Shown here: in pieces, positions 18,334 to 27,311 of the stretch
How the letters are laid out: the number at the start of each line of letters is the position of its first letter
How positions within the stretch are numbered: position 1 is the stretch's first letter
Assembly: GCA_963847705.1 (NCBI GenBank)
Contig: CAWKBC010000040.1
Location: 108,003 to 172,002 of the forward strand
Length of the DNA stretch: 64,000 nt
Direction: 5' to 3'
DNA from: an uncultured Pseudomonadota bacterium
GTDB lineage: Bacteria; Myxococcota_A; Polyangia; Fen-1088
Position numbers and translations under genes: made by a program
Notes under the pieces: generated by a model
The model's database searches: none
What the model was told of the DNA's origin: nothing
What the model saw: only the letters and a program-made list of their open reading frames with translations

Positions 18334-19235
18334 GCGCCGCGAACTTCACGGCGGAGATCGTCGTCCCGCCGGACCTGACGGCGAAGCGGAGCTGGCGGTC
18401 GGTCAAGAGCGCGATCATGACCGGGCTCATGATCGCCTCGGTGGTGGCCGTCGCCTTGCCGCTGGTGGCCGTCGTCTGGGCGATCTTCTCGCGCGGGATG
18501 GCCGTCGCGTTTCGTGGATTCCCGCACTTCTTCGTCGACGAGATCCCGGTGATCGCGCGAAAGGCTGGACCGGGGATGGGCCCGGCCATCCTGGGAACGC
18601 TGCTGGCCACCGGTGCGGCGACGCTGATCGCCGTGCCGCTCGGCGTGGCCGGCGCGGTCTACCTTCACGAGTACGGGGTGAAGAACCGCTTTTCTCGGCT
18701 GGTGCGGTTCATGTCCAACGTGATGACCGGGGTTCCGTCGATCGTCATGGGCCTCTTCGTCTACGTCACCTGGACGCTCCGGTTCGGCTACTCCGCGTTC
18801 GGCGGTTCGCTGGCCCTCGCCTGCCTCATGCTTCCGGTCGTCATCGGTTCGACCGAGCAGATGCTGAAGCTGGTGCCGAACCATCTGCGGGAGGCGTCGT
18901 ACGCGGTCGGCACCTCCAAGAGCCGAACGATCCTCACGGTGGTGCTGCCCGCCGCCATGCCGGGCATCATCTCGGGCTCCCTGCTGGCGGTCGCGCGCGC
19001 CGCCGGGGAGACCGCGCCGTTGCTGTTCGCCACGGGCGCGGCGACGGAATACAACCCGAACCTGTTCGTCGAGGCGAACACGGCGCTCTCGCTCCAGATC
19101 TTCGGCAACGCCACCTCGTCGTTCGCCGCGGCTCAGGACCGGGCCTGGGGTGCCGCGCTGACCCTGGTCATGCTGACATTTGTCATCACGTTGATTGCCC
19201 GATTTGTCACGGCGCGCTTTGCCCGCCGGAGGTAA
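18330..19235 (+). CDS. pstA: Phosphate ABC transporter permease
   Basis: GTG overlaps the pstC stop; GVPSIVMGLF, LREASYAVG, ARAAGETAPLL, RAWGAAL. Confidence 0.93.
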   Translation: MSAANFTAEIVVPPDLTAKRSWRSVKSAIMTGLMIASVVAVALPLVAVVWAIFSRGMAVAFRGFPHFFVDEIPVIARKAGPGMGPAILGTLLATGAATLIAVPLGVAGAVYLHEYGVKNRFSRLVRFMSNVMTGVPSIVMGLFVYVTWTLRFGYSAFGGSLALACLMLPVVIGSTEQMLKLVPNHLREASYAVGTSKSRTILTVVLPAAMPGIISGSLLAVARAAGETAPLLFATGAATEYNPNLFVEANTALSLQIFGNATSSFAAAQDRAWGAALTLVMLTFVITLIARFVTARFARRR

Positions 19236-19241
19236 GAGGAA

Positions 19242-20138
19242 ATGCCCTTGGAAGACGTAAAGAACAAGAAGACCGATGGCCGGCCCATGATCCGGCTCCC
19301 CCCCCAGGCGGCCGTCAAGCCCGAGGGGCCGGCGCCGAGCGCTGCCGTCCAGCCGAGCGTGGTCTTCAATCTGGACAAGCTCGAGGTCTTCTACGGCGCG
19401 TTCCGGGCCGTCCGCAACGTCAGCATGCAGATCTTCAAGAACGAGATCACCGCCTTCATCGGCCCGTCCGGTTGCGGCAAGACCACCGTCTTGCGCTGCT
19501 TCAACCGGATGCACGACGTGACCCCCGGGGCCCGGGTGGCGGGCGGCCTTCGCTACCACACGGCCGATCTGTACGGACCCAACGTGTCGGCCACCGAGGT
19601 TCGCCGGCGCATCGGCATGGTGTTCCAGAAGCCGAACCCTTTTCCCAAGAGCATCTACGACAACGTGGCCTTCGGCCTGCGCTCCAAGGGCATTCGCTCG
19701 AAGAGCGAGATCGACGCCCAGGTCGAAAAGTCGCTGCGCGGCGCGGCGCTCTGGGACGAGGTCAAGGACCGGCTGCGGGCCTCCGCCCTGGGCCTCTCGG
19801 GCGGGCAGCAGCAGCGGCTGTGCATCGCCCGCACCATCGCGGTCGGCCCCGAGGTCGTGCTGATGGACGAGCCCTGCAGCGCGCTCGATCCGGTGGCGAC
19901 GGCGCACATCGAGGAGCTGATGCGCGAGCTCAAGCAGAACTTCACCATCGTGATCGTCACCCACAACATGCAGCAGGCGGCGCGGGTCAGCGACAAGACG
20001 GCCTTCTTCACCACCGAGGTCGACGCCAAGTTCGGCCTGCGCACCGGCACGCTGGTCGAGCACGACGCGACCGAGAAGATCTTCTCCAACCCCAGCGACG
20101 AGCGGACCGAGCGTTACATCACCGGCCGCTTCGGCTGA
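19242..20138 (+). CDS. pstB: Phosphate ABC transporter ATP-binding protein
   Basis: [55 protein letters not shown]. Confidence 0.96.
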   Translation: MPLEDVKNKKTDGRPMIRLPPQAAVKPEGPAPSAAVQPSVVFNLDKLEVFYGAFRAVRNVSMQIFKNEITAFIGPSGCGKTTVLRCFNRMHDVTPGARVAGGLRYHTADLYGPNVSATEVRRRIGMVFQKPNPFPKSIYDNVAFGLRSKGIRSKSEIDAQVEKSLRGAALWDEVKDRLRASALGLSGGQQQRLCIARTIAVGPEVVLMDEPCSALDPVATAHIEELMRELKQNFTIVIVTHNMQQAARVSDKTAFFTTEVDAKFGLRTGTLVEHDATEKIFSNPSDERTERYITGRFG

Positions 20139-20250
20139 GAGGGCCGCTGGACGCTCGGGTTGACGCTCGGCGCTCGGCGCTTACTCTCCAGGTCAGTCCG
20201 TGAGGCACAACGCCCACGGCAAGGCCGCCGGGAGCTGATGGCCTCGGCGC

Positions 20251-21273
20251 GTGGAGAAGGAGAGTGTAATGCTGGCTCAAGCGCGTTCCGACAGGGATGA
20301 TCGAGAGTTGCTGGACACCTACTCGCAGACGGTGGCGGCCGTCGCCGAGCAGGTGAGCCCTTCGGTGGTGAAGATCGCGGTGCAGGGGTCCGAGCCCCCA
20401 TCCGGCCCTGCACGCTCACGACCGGGACCGCCCCGACAGCCGGGCGAGTCCTCGGGCAGCGGTTCGGGGTTCGTGATGACGCCGGACGGTTACGTGCTGA
20501 CGAACAGCCACGTCGTGCACGGCGCGAAGCGCATCAGCGCCATCTTTCAGGATGGCCAGCGCGCGCCGGCCCAGCTGGTGGGCGACGACCCCCAGACCGA
20601 TATCGCGCTGGTCCGGATCGAGGGGCCCAACCTGGCGGCGCTCAGCTTCGGGGACTCGTCGTCGTTGCGGGTGGGCCAGCTGGCGATCGCGGTCGGCAAC
20701 CCCTACGGCTTCGATTGCACCGTCACCGCCGGGGTGGTCAGCGCGCTCGGGCGGTCGCTCAGGACCAGCACGGGGCACCTCATCGACGACGTCATCCAGA
20801 CCGACGCCGCGCTGAACCCGGGCAATTCGGGCGGTCCGCTGGTCGATTCGCGGGGGCAGGTCATCGGCGTGAACACGGCGATGATCATGCCGGCGCAAGG
20901 CATCTGCTTCGCGATCGCCGCGAACACGGTCAGCTTCGTCATGAGCAAGCTGATCCACGAAGGTCGCATCCGGCGCTCCTATTTGGGCGTCGGCGGGCAG
21001 ACCGTGCCGCTGCATCGGCGCCTGGTCCGGTTTCATGGTCTGCCTACGGAGAGCGGCGTCTTCGTGGCGTCGGTCGAGCCGAACAGCCCCGCGGCGCGCG
21101 GCGGCCTGCGCGATGGCGACCTGATCGTCGCTTACGGGGACAAGCCGATCGCCGGCATCGACGACCTGCATCGCCTGCTGACCGAAGAGCAGGCGGGCGT
21201 CGGCGCCACCCTGACCATCATCCGTGACCTGAAGAGGGAGACCGTCGAGGTGACGCCAACGTTGCGCCAGTGA
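20251..21273 (+). CDS. HtrA/DegP-family trypsin-like serine protease with one PDZ domain, no obvious signal peptide
   Basis: GSGSGF, TNSHV, DIAL, QTDAALNPGNSGGPL, YLGV...SPAARGGL. Confidence 0.92.
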   Translation: MEKESVMLAQARSDRDDRELLDTYSQTVAAVAEQVSPSVVKIAVQGSEPPSGPARSRPGPPRQPGESSGSGSGFVMTPDGYVLTNSHVVHGAKRISAIFQDGQRAPAQLVGDDPQTDIALVRIEGPNLAALSFGDSSSLRVGQLAIAVGNPYGFDCTVTAGVVSALGRSLRTSTGHLIDDVIQTDAALNPGNSGGPLVDSRGQVIGVNTAMIMPAQGICFAIAANTVSFVMSKLIHEGRIRRSYLGVGGQTVPLHRRLVRFHGLPTESGVFVASVEPNSPAARGGLRDGDLIVAYGDKPIAGIDDLHRLLTEEQAGVGATLTIIRDLKRETVEVTPTLRQ

Positions 21274-21483
21274 TCTCGCGATGACGTTGGCCTTCGTCAA
21301 CGCGCGGCCGGCTCAGCGTGAATGTGATCGGGATCGCCCGCTTGACGAGCGGACGCAACAGCGCCGACTTCTCGCTCGAGCTTTTGTTGTCCGGCGGATG
21401 AGTAATGACGCGCGAACCGCAACAAAAGCTCCCGCTCCGGATTGACAACCAAGCTGCAGGTGCTTCGCTAGAAGGGTCGGGCG

Positions 21484-23217
21484 ATGGCGAGTGTGGGTCA
21501 AGGAGAGCAGCGGACGAGGACCGTCCGGCGCGCGGTCGAGCGGATTCTCGGGCTCGGCGTCGACAGCACCATGTCCGTCGACGCTGTCAAACGTCTGCGG
21601 CTGTGCAACATCAATGCGTTTGGCGGCGCCATCATCATGGCGACCTGGGCCCTCGTGGAAGCCGTGATGGGCGATCGCGGCAACCTGCTCTGGGAGCTGC
21701 GATTCCTGGCCGGCTTCCTGGCGGTGCTGGGGCTGAGCGCGATCGGCGCCCACCGGGTGGCCCGTCTTCTGCTCATCGTCACCGCGAATATTTGCGTATT
21801 CGCCGGCGCTCTTTTGTTCACCGAATCATCGGGCGGCATTCTCCCTTTCTTCGCCATGGCGGCCCTGCCACTCCTGTTGTTCGGGCCCGACGAATGGCTG
21901 CTGGCGACGCTGGGCGCGGCGCTCCCTGCGCTCTTGCTGGCCGCTGCCAAGACCGGCTTGGCCGCGCATCTGTTCTCCGTCCAGCCGAGGGCGGCTCCCC
22001 CCTGGTACTTCGCGGCCAACGCCGCGACGACATTCGGTCTCGCGTTCCTGGTTCCATTCTTCTTCTTTCGTTCGAACGTCAGGGCGGAAGCGTCGTTACA
22101 GCGGATTGGCCAATGGAAGCTCAAACGGGTCATCGACGCCGACCTCATCGGCGTCGTCCGCGGGCGCCTCTGCGGCCGTATCGAGGATGCCAACGATACG
22201 TTCCTCTCCCTGCTCGGCTACACCCGTCAGGACCTGGTCGCCGGAGCCCTCGATCTCGGCATGATTGCCTCGTCGGGCTCGCTCCTCGCCGAGCTGCCGC
22301 AGAGGGGCCCGACCTCGGTGTATGAGCTCATCTGCCGGCGCAAGGACGGCACGACGGTCCCGGCCCTGGTCGGCATCGCGCGCCTCGACGAGAGCGACGA
22401 CAACAACGACGAGGTCGTCGGTTTCATCCTCGATCTGACGGCGCAGAAGCACCTGGAGGCGCAGCGGGCGATGCTGCATGACAGCCGGGAAGAGCTGCGC
22501 CTCCGCGATCTGTTCAATTCCATCGCCTCTCACGAGCTGAAGACGCCGCTCACCGCTCTTTTGCTCAACCTGCGCCTCTTGAGCGCGCGACTGGACAAGG
22601 AGACGCCCCCCAGCTCGCCGCTGCGTGCGCAGGTCGTCCGCTGTGAGTCGGCGGCCGCCCGCATGGCCGGGCTCATTCACGCGCTGCTCGACGTCGCCCA
22701 GGTTCATCGCGGGCGACTCACTCTGGACGTGCGCGACACGGACGTGGTGGAAGCGGTGCGCAGCGTGGTCAGCGGATTCGACGTCAATCGAAACGGCGGC
22801 CGAGCCCCGATCGCGCTCCGCACCGAGGAGCACTTCACCGCCAAGCTCGACCCGCTGCGCTTCGATCAGGTCGTGACCAACCTGCTCTCGAACGCCGTCA
22901 AGTACGGCGCCGGCAAGCCGATCGAGGTGCGTCTCAGTCACGATCGCGCGGCCGATGCCGCTCATCTCGAGGTCATCGACGGAGGCCCGGGCATCGATCC
23001 GGGGATGACGGAGAAGATCTTCGAGCCCTTTCAGCGCGCCACATCCATGGAGCCGATCCCCGGGATGGGCCTGGGTCTCTACGTGGTGAAGATGATCGTG
23101 GAAGGGCACGGCGGTCGAATCGCGGTCGACACCGAGCTGGGACATGGCTCGCGATTCATCGTCGATCTCCCCTGTGCGGCCAGCCCGGCAGGAAGCTCAA
23201 TGAGCGCGCCGGGATAG
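21484..23217 (+). CDS. Membrane sensor histidine kinase: ~6 TM helices, PAS, HisKA, HATPase
   Basis: Six hydrophobic segments in the first ~200 aa; DANDTFLSLLGY (PAS); ASHELKTPL; NLLSNAVKY, DGGPGI, GMGLGL. Confidence 0.92.
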   Translation: MASVGQGEQRTRTVRRAVERILGLGVDSTMSVDAVKRLRLCNINAFGGAIIMATWALVEAVMGDRGNLLWELRFLAGFLAVLGLSAIGAHRVARLLLIVTANICVFAGALLFTESSGGILPFFAMAALPLLLFGPDEWLLATLGAALPALLLAAAKTGLAAHLFSVQPRAAPPWYFAANAATTFGLAFLVPFFFFRSNVRAEASLQRIGQWKLKRVIDADLIGVVRGRLCGRIEDANDTFLSLLGYTRQDLVAGALDLGMIASSGSLLAELPQRGPTSVYELICRRKDGTTVPALVGIARLDESDDNNDEVVGFILDLTAQKHLEAQRAMLHDSREELRLRDLFNSIASHELKTPLTALLLNLRLLSARLDKETPPSSPLRAQVVRCESAAARMAGLIHALLDVAQVHRGRLTLDVRDTDVVEAVRSVVSGFDVNRNGGRAPIALRTEEHFTAKLDPLRFDQVVTNLLSNAVKYGAGKPIEVRLSHDRAADAAHLEVIDGGPGIDPGMTEKIFEPFQRATSMEPIPGMGLGLYVVKMIVEGHGGRIAVDTELGHGSRFIVDLPCAASPAGSSMSAPG

Positions 23218-23418
23218 CGTCGAGGGCCGGGGAGCCCTGATTCGTTCGCGTGGTTGAGCTTCGCCTCATCCGCGTCAGAGAAGATTGGCCAGGCGGGTTT
23301 CTGGCTGTTCCGGGAAGTGGGCTCGGCCATACTGGTGGTCGAGTTGCGAGCTCGCAGCACCAGGCTCGCCCGCGGTGGACTTCCGTCAAGCGGGGCAGCA
23401 ATCGAGGAGGACCCGGCG

Positions 23419-24600
23419 ATCGACCCGCGGTTGCGCTCGGTCGACGTTTCCGTGGCCGAAGGGATCCTGCGCGGTCTCGGGCATCTGACCGCGGAGGACG
23501 AGCAGCTGGGCGGTCGGTTCGTGACCCTGCGCGGCCGCCGGCAGATCAACTTCGGCTCCTGCTCGTACCTCGGTCTCGAGACCGATCTGCGGCTCAAGAA
23601 TGCGGCCTGCGACGCGATCGCCCGGTACGGCGTTCAGTTCGCGTCGTCACGCGCCTACGTCTCCTGCCCCCCGTACGCCGAGCTCGAGCGCCTGCTGGCC
23701 GCGATGTTCGAGACCCCGCTGGTGGTGGCACAAACCACCACGCTGGCGCACTTCGCGGCGTTGCCGCTCTTGATCGGCAAGGCGGACGCGGTCGTCTGCG
23801 ATCAGCTGGTCCACAACAGCGTGCAGGCGGTGTTGCCGACGCTCCAGGCGGCGGGGACCTTCTGCCGTTTCGTCCGACACAGCCGGATCGATCGTCTCGA
23901 GGAGATCCTTCGCGCGCTCGGCGAGCGCCACCGCCGGGTCTGGTATCTGGCCGACGGGGTCTACAGCATGCACGGCGATCTGGCGCCGCTGACCGCGCTG
24001 CAGGACCTGATGTCGCGAAACGAGCAGCTCCGTCTCTACCTCGATGATTCCCACGGCGTCAGCTGGTCGGGGAGGCATGGGCGGGGGACCCTGCTCGGCG
24101 AGGGCCCCCTGCCGCCCCGCACGGTGATGGTCGGCTCGCTGGCCAAGGCGTTCTCGGCGGGAGGCGCGGTCCTGGCGCTCCCGGACGCGGAGACCGCCCG
24201 TCTCATTCGGACCTGCGGAAGCACGATGATCTTTTCGGGCCCGCTGCAGCCCGCCCTGCTCGGCGCGGCCATCGCGTCGGCGCGCGTCCATCTGTCGAAG
24301 GAGCTCTCCGAGCGGCAGGAGAGGCTCAGGGAGCGGATCCAGCTGTTCAACGCGCTGGCCGAGGCGCGCGGCATTCCGCTCGGTTCACCGGCCGCGACGC
24401 CGATCCGCTTCGTCCAGACGGGCGACGAGGAAACGACCTACCGGCTGGCCGGCGAGCTGATGAGCGACGGCTTCTACACCAACACCGCCGTCTTCCCGGC
24501 GGTGTCGAAGCGCCACGGGGGCCTGCGCGTTGCCCTCACCCTGCATCAGACCCCGGACGACGTCCGCGACCTGATCGACACCATCGCCAGACGGCTGTAG
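23419..24600 (+). CDS. PLP-dependent alpha-oxoamine synthase family enzyme (BioF/Kbl/SPT/CqsA fold)
   Basis: NFGSCSYLGL, DQLVHNS, DGVYSMHGD, DDSHG, GSLAKAF (PLP Lys), IFSGPL. Start uncertain: strong GAGGAGG at 23404-23410 precedes an in-frame ATC (23419); TTG 23431 or 23254 are alternatives. Confidence 0.88.
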   Translation: MDPRLRSVDVSVAEGILRGLGHLTAEDEQLGGRFVTLRGRRQINFGSCSYLGLETDLRLKNAACDAIARYGVQFASSRAYVSCPPYAELERLLAAMFETPLVVAQTTTLAHFAALPLLIGKADAVVCDQLVHNSVQAVLPTLQAAGTFCRFVRHSRIDRLEEILRALGERHRRVWYLADGVYSMHGDLAPLTALQDLMSRNEQLRLYLDDSHGVSWSGRHGRGTLLGEGPLPPRTVMVGSLAKAFSAGGAVLALPDAETARLIRTCGSTMIFSGPLQPALLGAAIASARVHLSKELSERQERLRERIQLFNALAEARGIPLGSPAATPIRFVQTGDEETTYRLAGELMSDGFYTNTAVFPAVSKRHGGLRVALTLHQTPDDVRDLIDTIARRL

Positions 24601-24608
24601 GCGCGCGC

Positions 24609-25568
24609 TCAGGGCTCGCGGACGATGCAGCGGAAGCCGAGGTGGCAGGTCGAGGTGTCGATCGCCTGCGCCATGCGGGCGGCCGGGCGGTAGCGCCGGC
24701 AGTAGTTTGGCGCGCAGAGGAACGAACCTCCCTTGATCACCTTGCGCGGGATGGGGAGGGACACCGTGGGATCGTAGCTCCGCTCGCGCGCGGTCCGCTT
24801 GTCGCCGCTGCCGCAGCAGGCACCCTGCTCGTCCGGTCTGGGGTGCCCGGGGGCATACCAGTCGGTCGTCCATTCCCAGACGTTGCCGATCATGTCGTAG
24901 AGGCCCCAGCCGTTGGGGGGGAACACTCCGACCGGCGAGGTGGTCTCGTAGCCGTCCGTCAGCAAGTTCTGGTGGGGAAACTCGCCTTGCCAGGTGTTGG
25001 CCATCGGCTTGCCGTCGGGCTCGAGGTCGTCGCCCCAGGCGTACTCCGTGTGATTGAGCCCGCCGCGCGCGGCGAACTCCCACTCGGCCTCCGTCGGCAG
25101 CTCCTTGCCCGCCCATCTGGCGTACGCCGTGGCGTCGTCGAGCCCCACGTGAACCACGGGGTGGTGATCCATCCCCTCGATGGAGCTCTGAGGACCTTGC
25201 GGGTGGCGCCAGTCGGCGCCCGGGACGAACGCCCACCAGTTGAGAAAGTTGCGCATGTCGACCCGGCCTGCCGGTTTGACGAACACCACCGAAGCGGGGA
25301 CCAGCAACGCAGGATCGGCGCCCGGGTACTGGGTCGCGTCGGGCGCGATCTCCGCCTGGGTGACGTACCCGGTCTCCTCGACGAACCGGCGGAAGTGCGC
25401 ATTGGTGACCGGCCAACGATCGAGCCAGAACCCATCGACCGTCGCTCGATGAGACGGCGCCTCCTCGCGGTAGTGGTGATCGGAGCCCATGGTGAACTCG
25501 CCGCCCGGGATCCATTCCATGCCCAGCCGGCGTGCGCGCTCGACGTTCGGTTGCGTCTGTGTAGGCAT
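24609..25568 (-). CDS. Formylglycine-generating enzyme (FGE/SUMF1) family protein
   Basis: FTMGS, HPVVHV, LPTEAEWEFAARGG, YDMIGNVWEW, KGGSFLCAPNYCRRYRPAAR, HLGFRC. Confidence 0.93.
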   Translation of the reverse strand: MPTQTQPNVERARRLGMEWIPGGEFTMGSDHHYREEAPSHRATVDGFWLDRWPVTNAHFRRFVEETGYVTQAEIAPDATQYPGADPALLVPASVVFVKPAGRVDMRNFLNWWAFVPGADWRHPQGPQSSIEGMDHHPVVHVGLDDATAYARWAGKELPTEAEWEFAARGGLNHTEYAWGDDLEPDGKPMANTWQGEFPHQNLLTDGYETTSPVGVFPPNGWGLYDMIGNVWEWTTDWYAPGHPRPDEQGACCGSGDKRTARERSYDPTVSLPIPRKVIKGGSFLCAPNYCRRYRPAARMAQAIDTSTCHLGFRCIVREP

Positions 25569-25771
25569 CGTGAGCTCCTCGGCGGTGCGTATTCCCGCCC
25601 GGCGAGCATGCGATCCGCAGAACCAGGCACAAGACTGCGGGACATCAATTAGGGCGTCGCCGTACGGATCAGTCGTCGCCGTATGCTCGACCGGAAATAC
25701 GTTGCCGGCTTACAACGGTCGCAATCAACCGATGGCCATGTTCCTTGCGGGCGGTTGGCCCGGAGGCACAC

Positions 25772-26554
25772 ATGAGATCACATCTGGTGGCCGTCGCGCT
25801 CGCGGCTGGCCTGGCGCTGGGAGCAGGCAGCCGGTCGAACGCAGAGGCGAAGCCTGCCTCGGCCAAACCTGCGGTCGACCCGGACGCGATCGCCGCGCTT
25901 CAAAAGATGGGCGCCTTCCTGCGCGATCAGCAGAAGTTCTCGGTGCGGGCCAACGTCACCACCGACGACCTGCTGGCGTCGGGGCAGAAGGTTCAGTTCG
26001 GCGGAACCATCGAGCTGATGGTGCGCCGGCCGGACCGGATGCGCGCCGACGTCCGCGGCGATCGCAGCGACGAGCACATCTATTACGACGGCAAGACCTT
26101 CACCATCTTCGGCGAGAAGCTCGGCTACTACGCCTCCTTTCAGGCCCCGGCCACGCTGGCCGAGCTGAAGGAGGTCACCGAGAAGCGCTACGGAATCGAC
26201 CTGCCGCTGGCCGACCTCTTCTACTGGGGAACGGAGCACGACGGGACCAGCGACATCACTGCGGCCACCAAGGTCGGCGTCTCGACCGTCGAAGGCACCG
26301 CCTGCGACCACTACGCCTTCCGGCAGAAGGACGTCGACTGGGAGCTCTGGATCGAGCAGGGGGCCCACCCGCTGCCGCGCAAGCTGGTGATCACCACGAC
26401 CTCGGAGAAGTCACGCCCGCAACACGGGATGGTCCTGAACTGGGACCTGTCGCCGAAGCTCGCCGACGAGCTGTTCACGTTCGCTCCGCCGCCCGAGGCA
26501 CACAAGGTCGAGTTCGACACGTCCATGGGCCGCAGCGTGAGCTCGCACCAGTAG
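25772..26554 (+). CDS. DUF2092-family periplasmic protein
   Basis: GGAGG SD; signal peptide; GQKVQF...RPDRMRAD...YDGKTFT...PLADL...DVDWELWI...PLPRKLVIT. Confidence 0.8.
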   Translation: MRSHLVAVALAAGLALGAGSRSNAEAKPASAKPAVDPDAIAALQKMGAFLRDQQKFSVRANVTTDDLLASGQKVQFGGTIELMVRRPDRMRADVRGDRSDEHIYYDGKTFTIFGEKLGYYASFQAPATLAELKEVTEKRYGIDLPLADLFYWGTEHDGTSDITAATKVGVSTVEGTACDHYAFRQKDVDWELWIEQGAHPLPRKLVITTTSEKSRPQHGMVLNWDLSPKLADELFTFAPPPEAHKVEFDTSMGRSVSSHQ

Positions 26555-26602
26555 CAGAGCTCCCGGCGAGCCTCGAACAATCAACGACGAAGGAGACACG
26601 TC

Positions 26603-26929
26603 ATGCGCCGAATCAGGGACAGGTTTGGATCAGGTGGATTGGTGTTGGCCGCATTTCTGGCGGCGGCCGGCCTGGCGCCCAGCACCGCCAACGCGGTGGT
26701 GGTCGTCCGGCGGAGCGTCAATTACCACCCCGTCGCGCGAGCGGCGGTGGTCACCACGGCGGCGGTCGCCACGGCGGTGGCGGTCGGCACCGTGGTGCGC
26801 TCGATCCCCCCCTCCTGCACCTCGGTGATGGTGGGCAACGTCGCCTACCAGCAGTGCGGCAGCACCTGGTACCAGCCGCGTTATGCCGGCTCGCAGGTGA
26901 CCTACGTCGTCGTCAATCCGCCGCGTTAA
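26603..26929 (+). CDS. Small secreted protein (DUF6515-like), typically found with DUF2092
   Basis: AAGGAG SD; signal peptide; IPPSC...YQQCGSTWYQP...YVVVNPP. Confidence 0.7.
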   Translation: MRRIRDRFGSGGLVLAAFLAAAGLAPSTANAVVVVRRSVNYHPVARAAVVTTAAVATAVAVGTVVRSIPPSCTSVMVGNVAYQQCGSTWYQPRYAGSQVTYVVVNPPR

Positions 26930-26946
26930 CTCCGAAGGAGGCCCCC

Positions 26947-27309
26947 GTGGAGAACCAGAACAACGACACTCTGGTAACCGAGGAAACGTTCGCAGGAGAG
27001 GTTCCGGGGCTGGCGGGCATCGTCGGCCGGATGCGCCTGATGGTGGGAGACCAGGCGCTCGGCGTCCTGGTCGTCGACAACGGTCGCGTGAAGCTGGCGC
27101 CCGATGGGCCTCCGGTCGACGTGACCGCGGTCTGCAACACGCGTGACCTTCTGGTCGGCATTCTGCGCGGGCAGCGCAACCCGGTCCTGATGGCGCTCCA
27201 GGCCGAAGGCCGGCTGCACGGCGATCGCGAGCTCGGGGTGAAGATCCTCTACGGGTTGCGCGGCCAGAACCCCTTCCTGCAGGTTCCCTTGAACGGAAAG
27301 GACCAATAG
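26947..27309 (+). CDS. SCP2 sterol/lipid-binding-domain-like protein
   Basis: GAAGGAG SD then GTG 26947 (3' end of track ORF 25489..27309); ILRGQRNPVLMALQAEGRLHGD matches the SCP2 C-terminal pattern. Confidence 0.65.
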   Translation: MENQNNDTLVTEETFAGEVPGLAGIVGRMRLMVGDQALGVLVVDNGRVKLAPDGPPVDVTAVCNTRDLLVGILRGQRNPVLMALQAEGRLHGDRELGVKILYGLRGQNPFLQVPLNGKDQ

Positions 27310-27311
27310 CG

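Noticed and set aside
23254-24600. Naming the PLP enzyme bioF or spt
   Set aside because: The fold is shared across the family, but there are no biotin or sphingolipid neighbours and the motifs are divergent; left unnamed.
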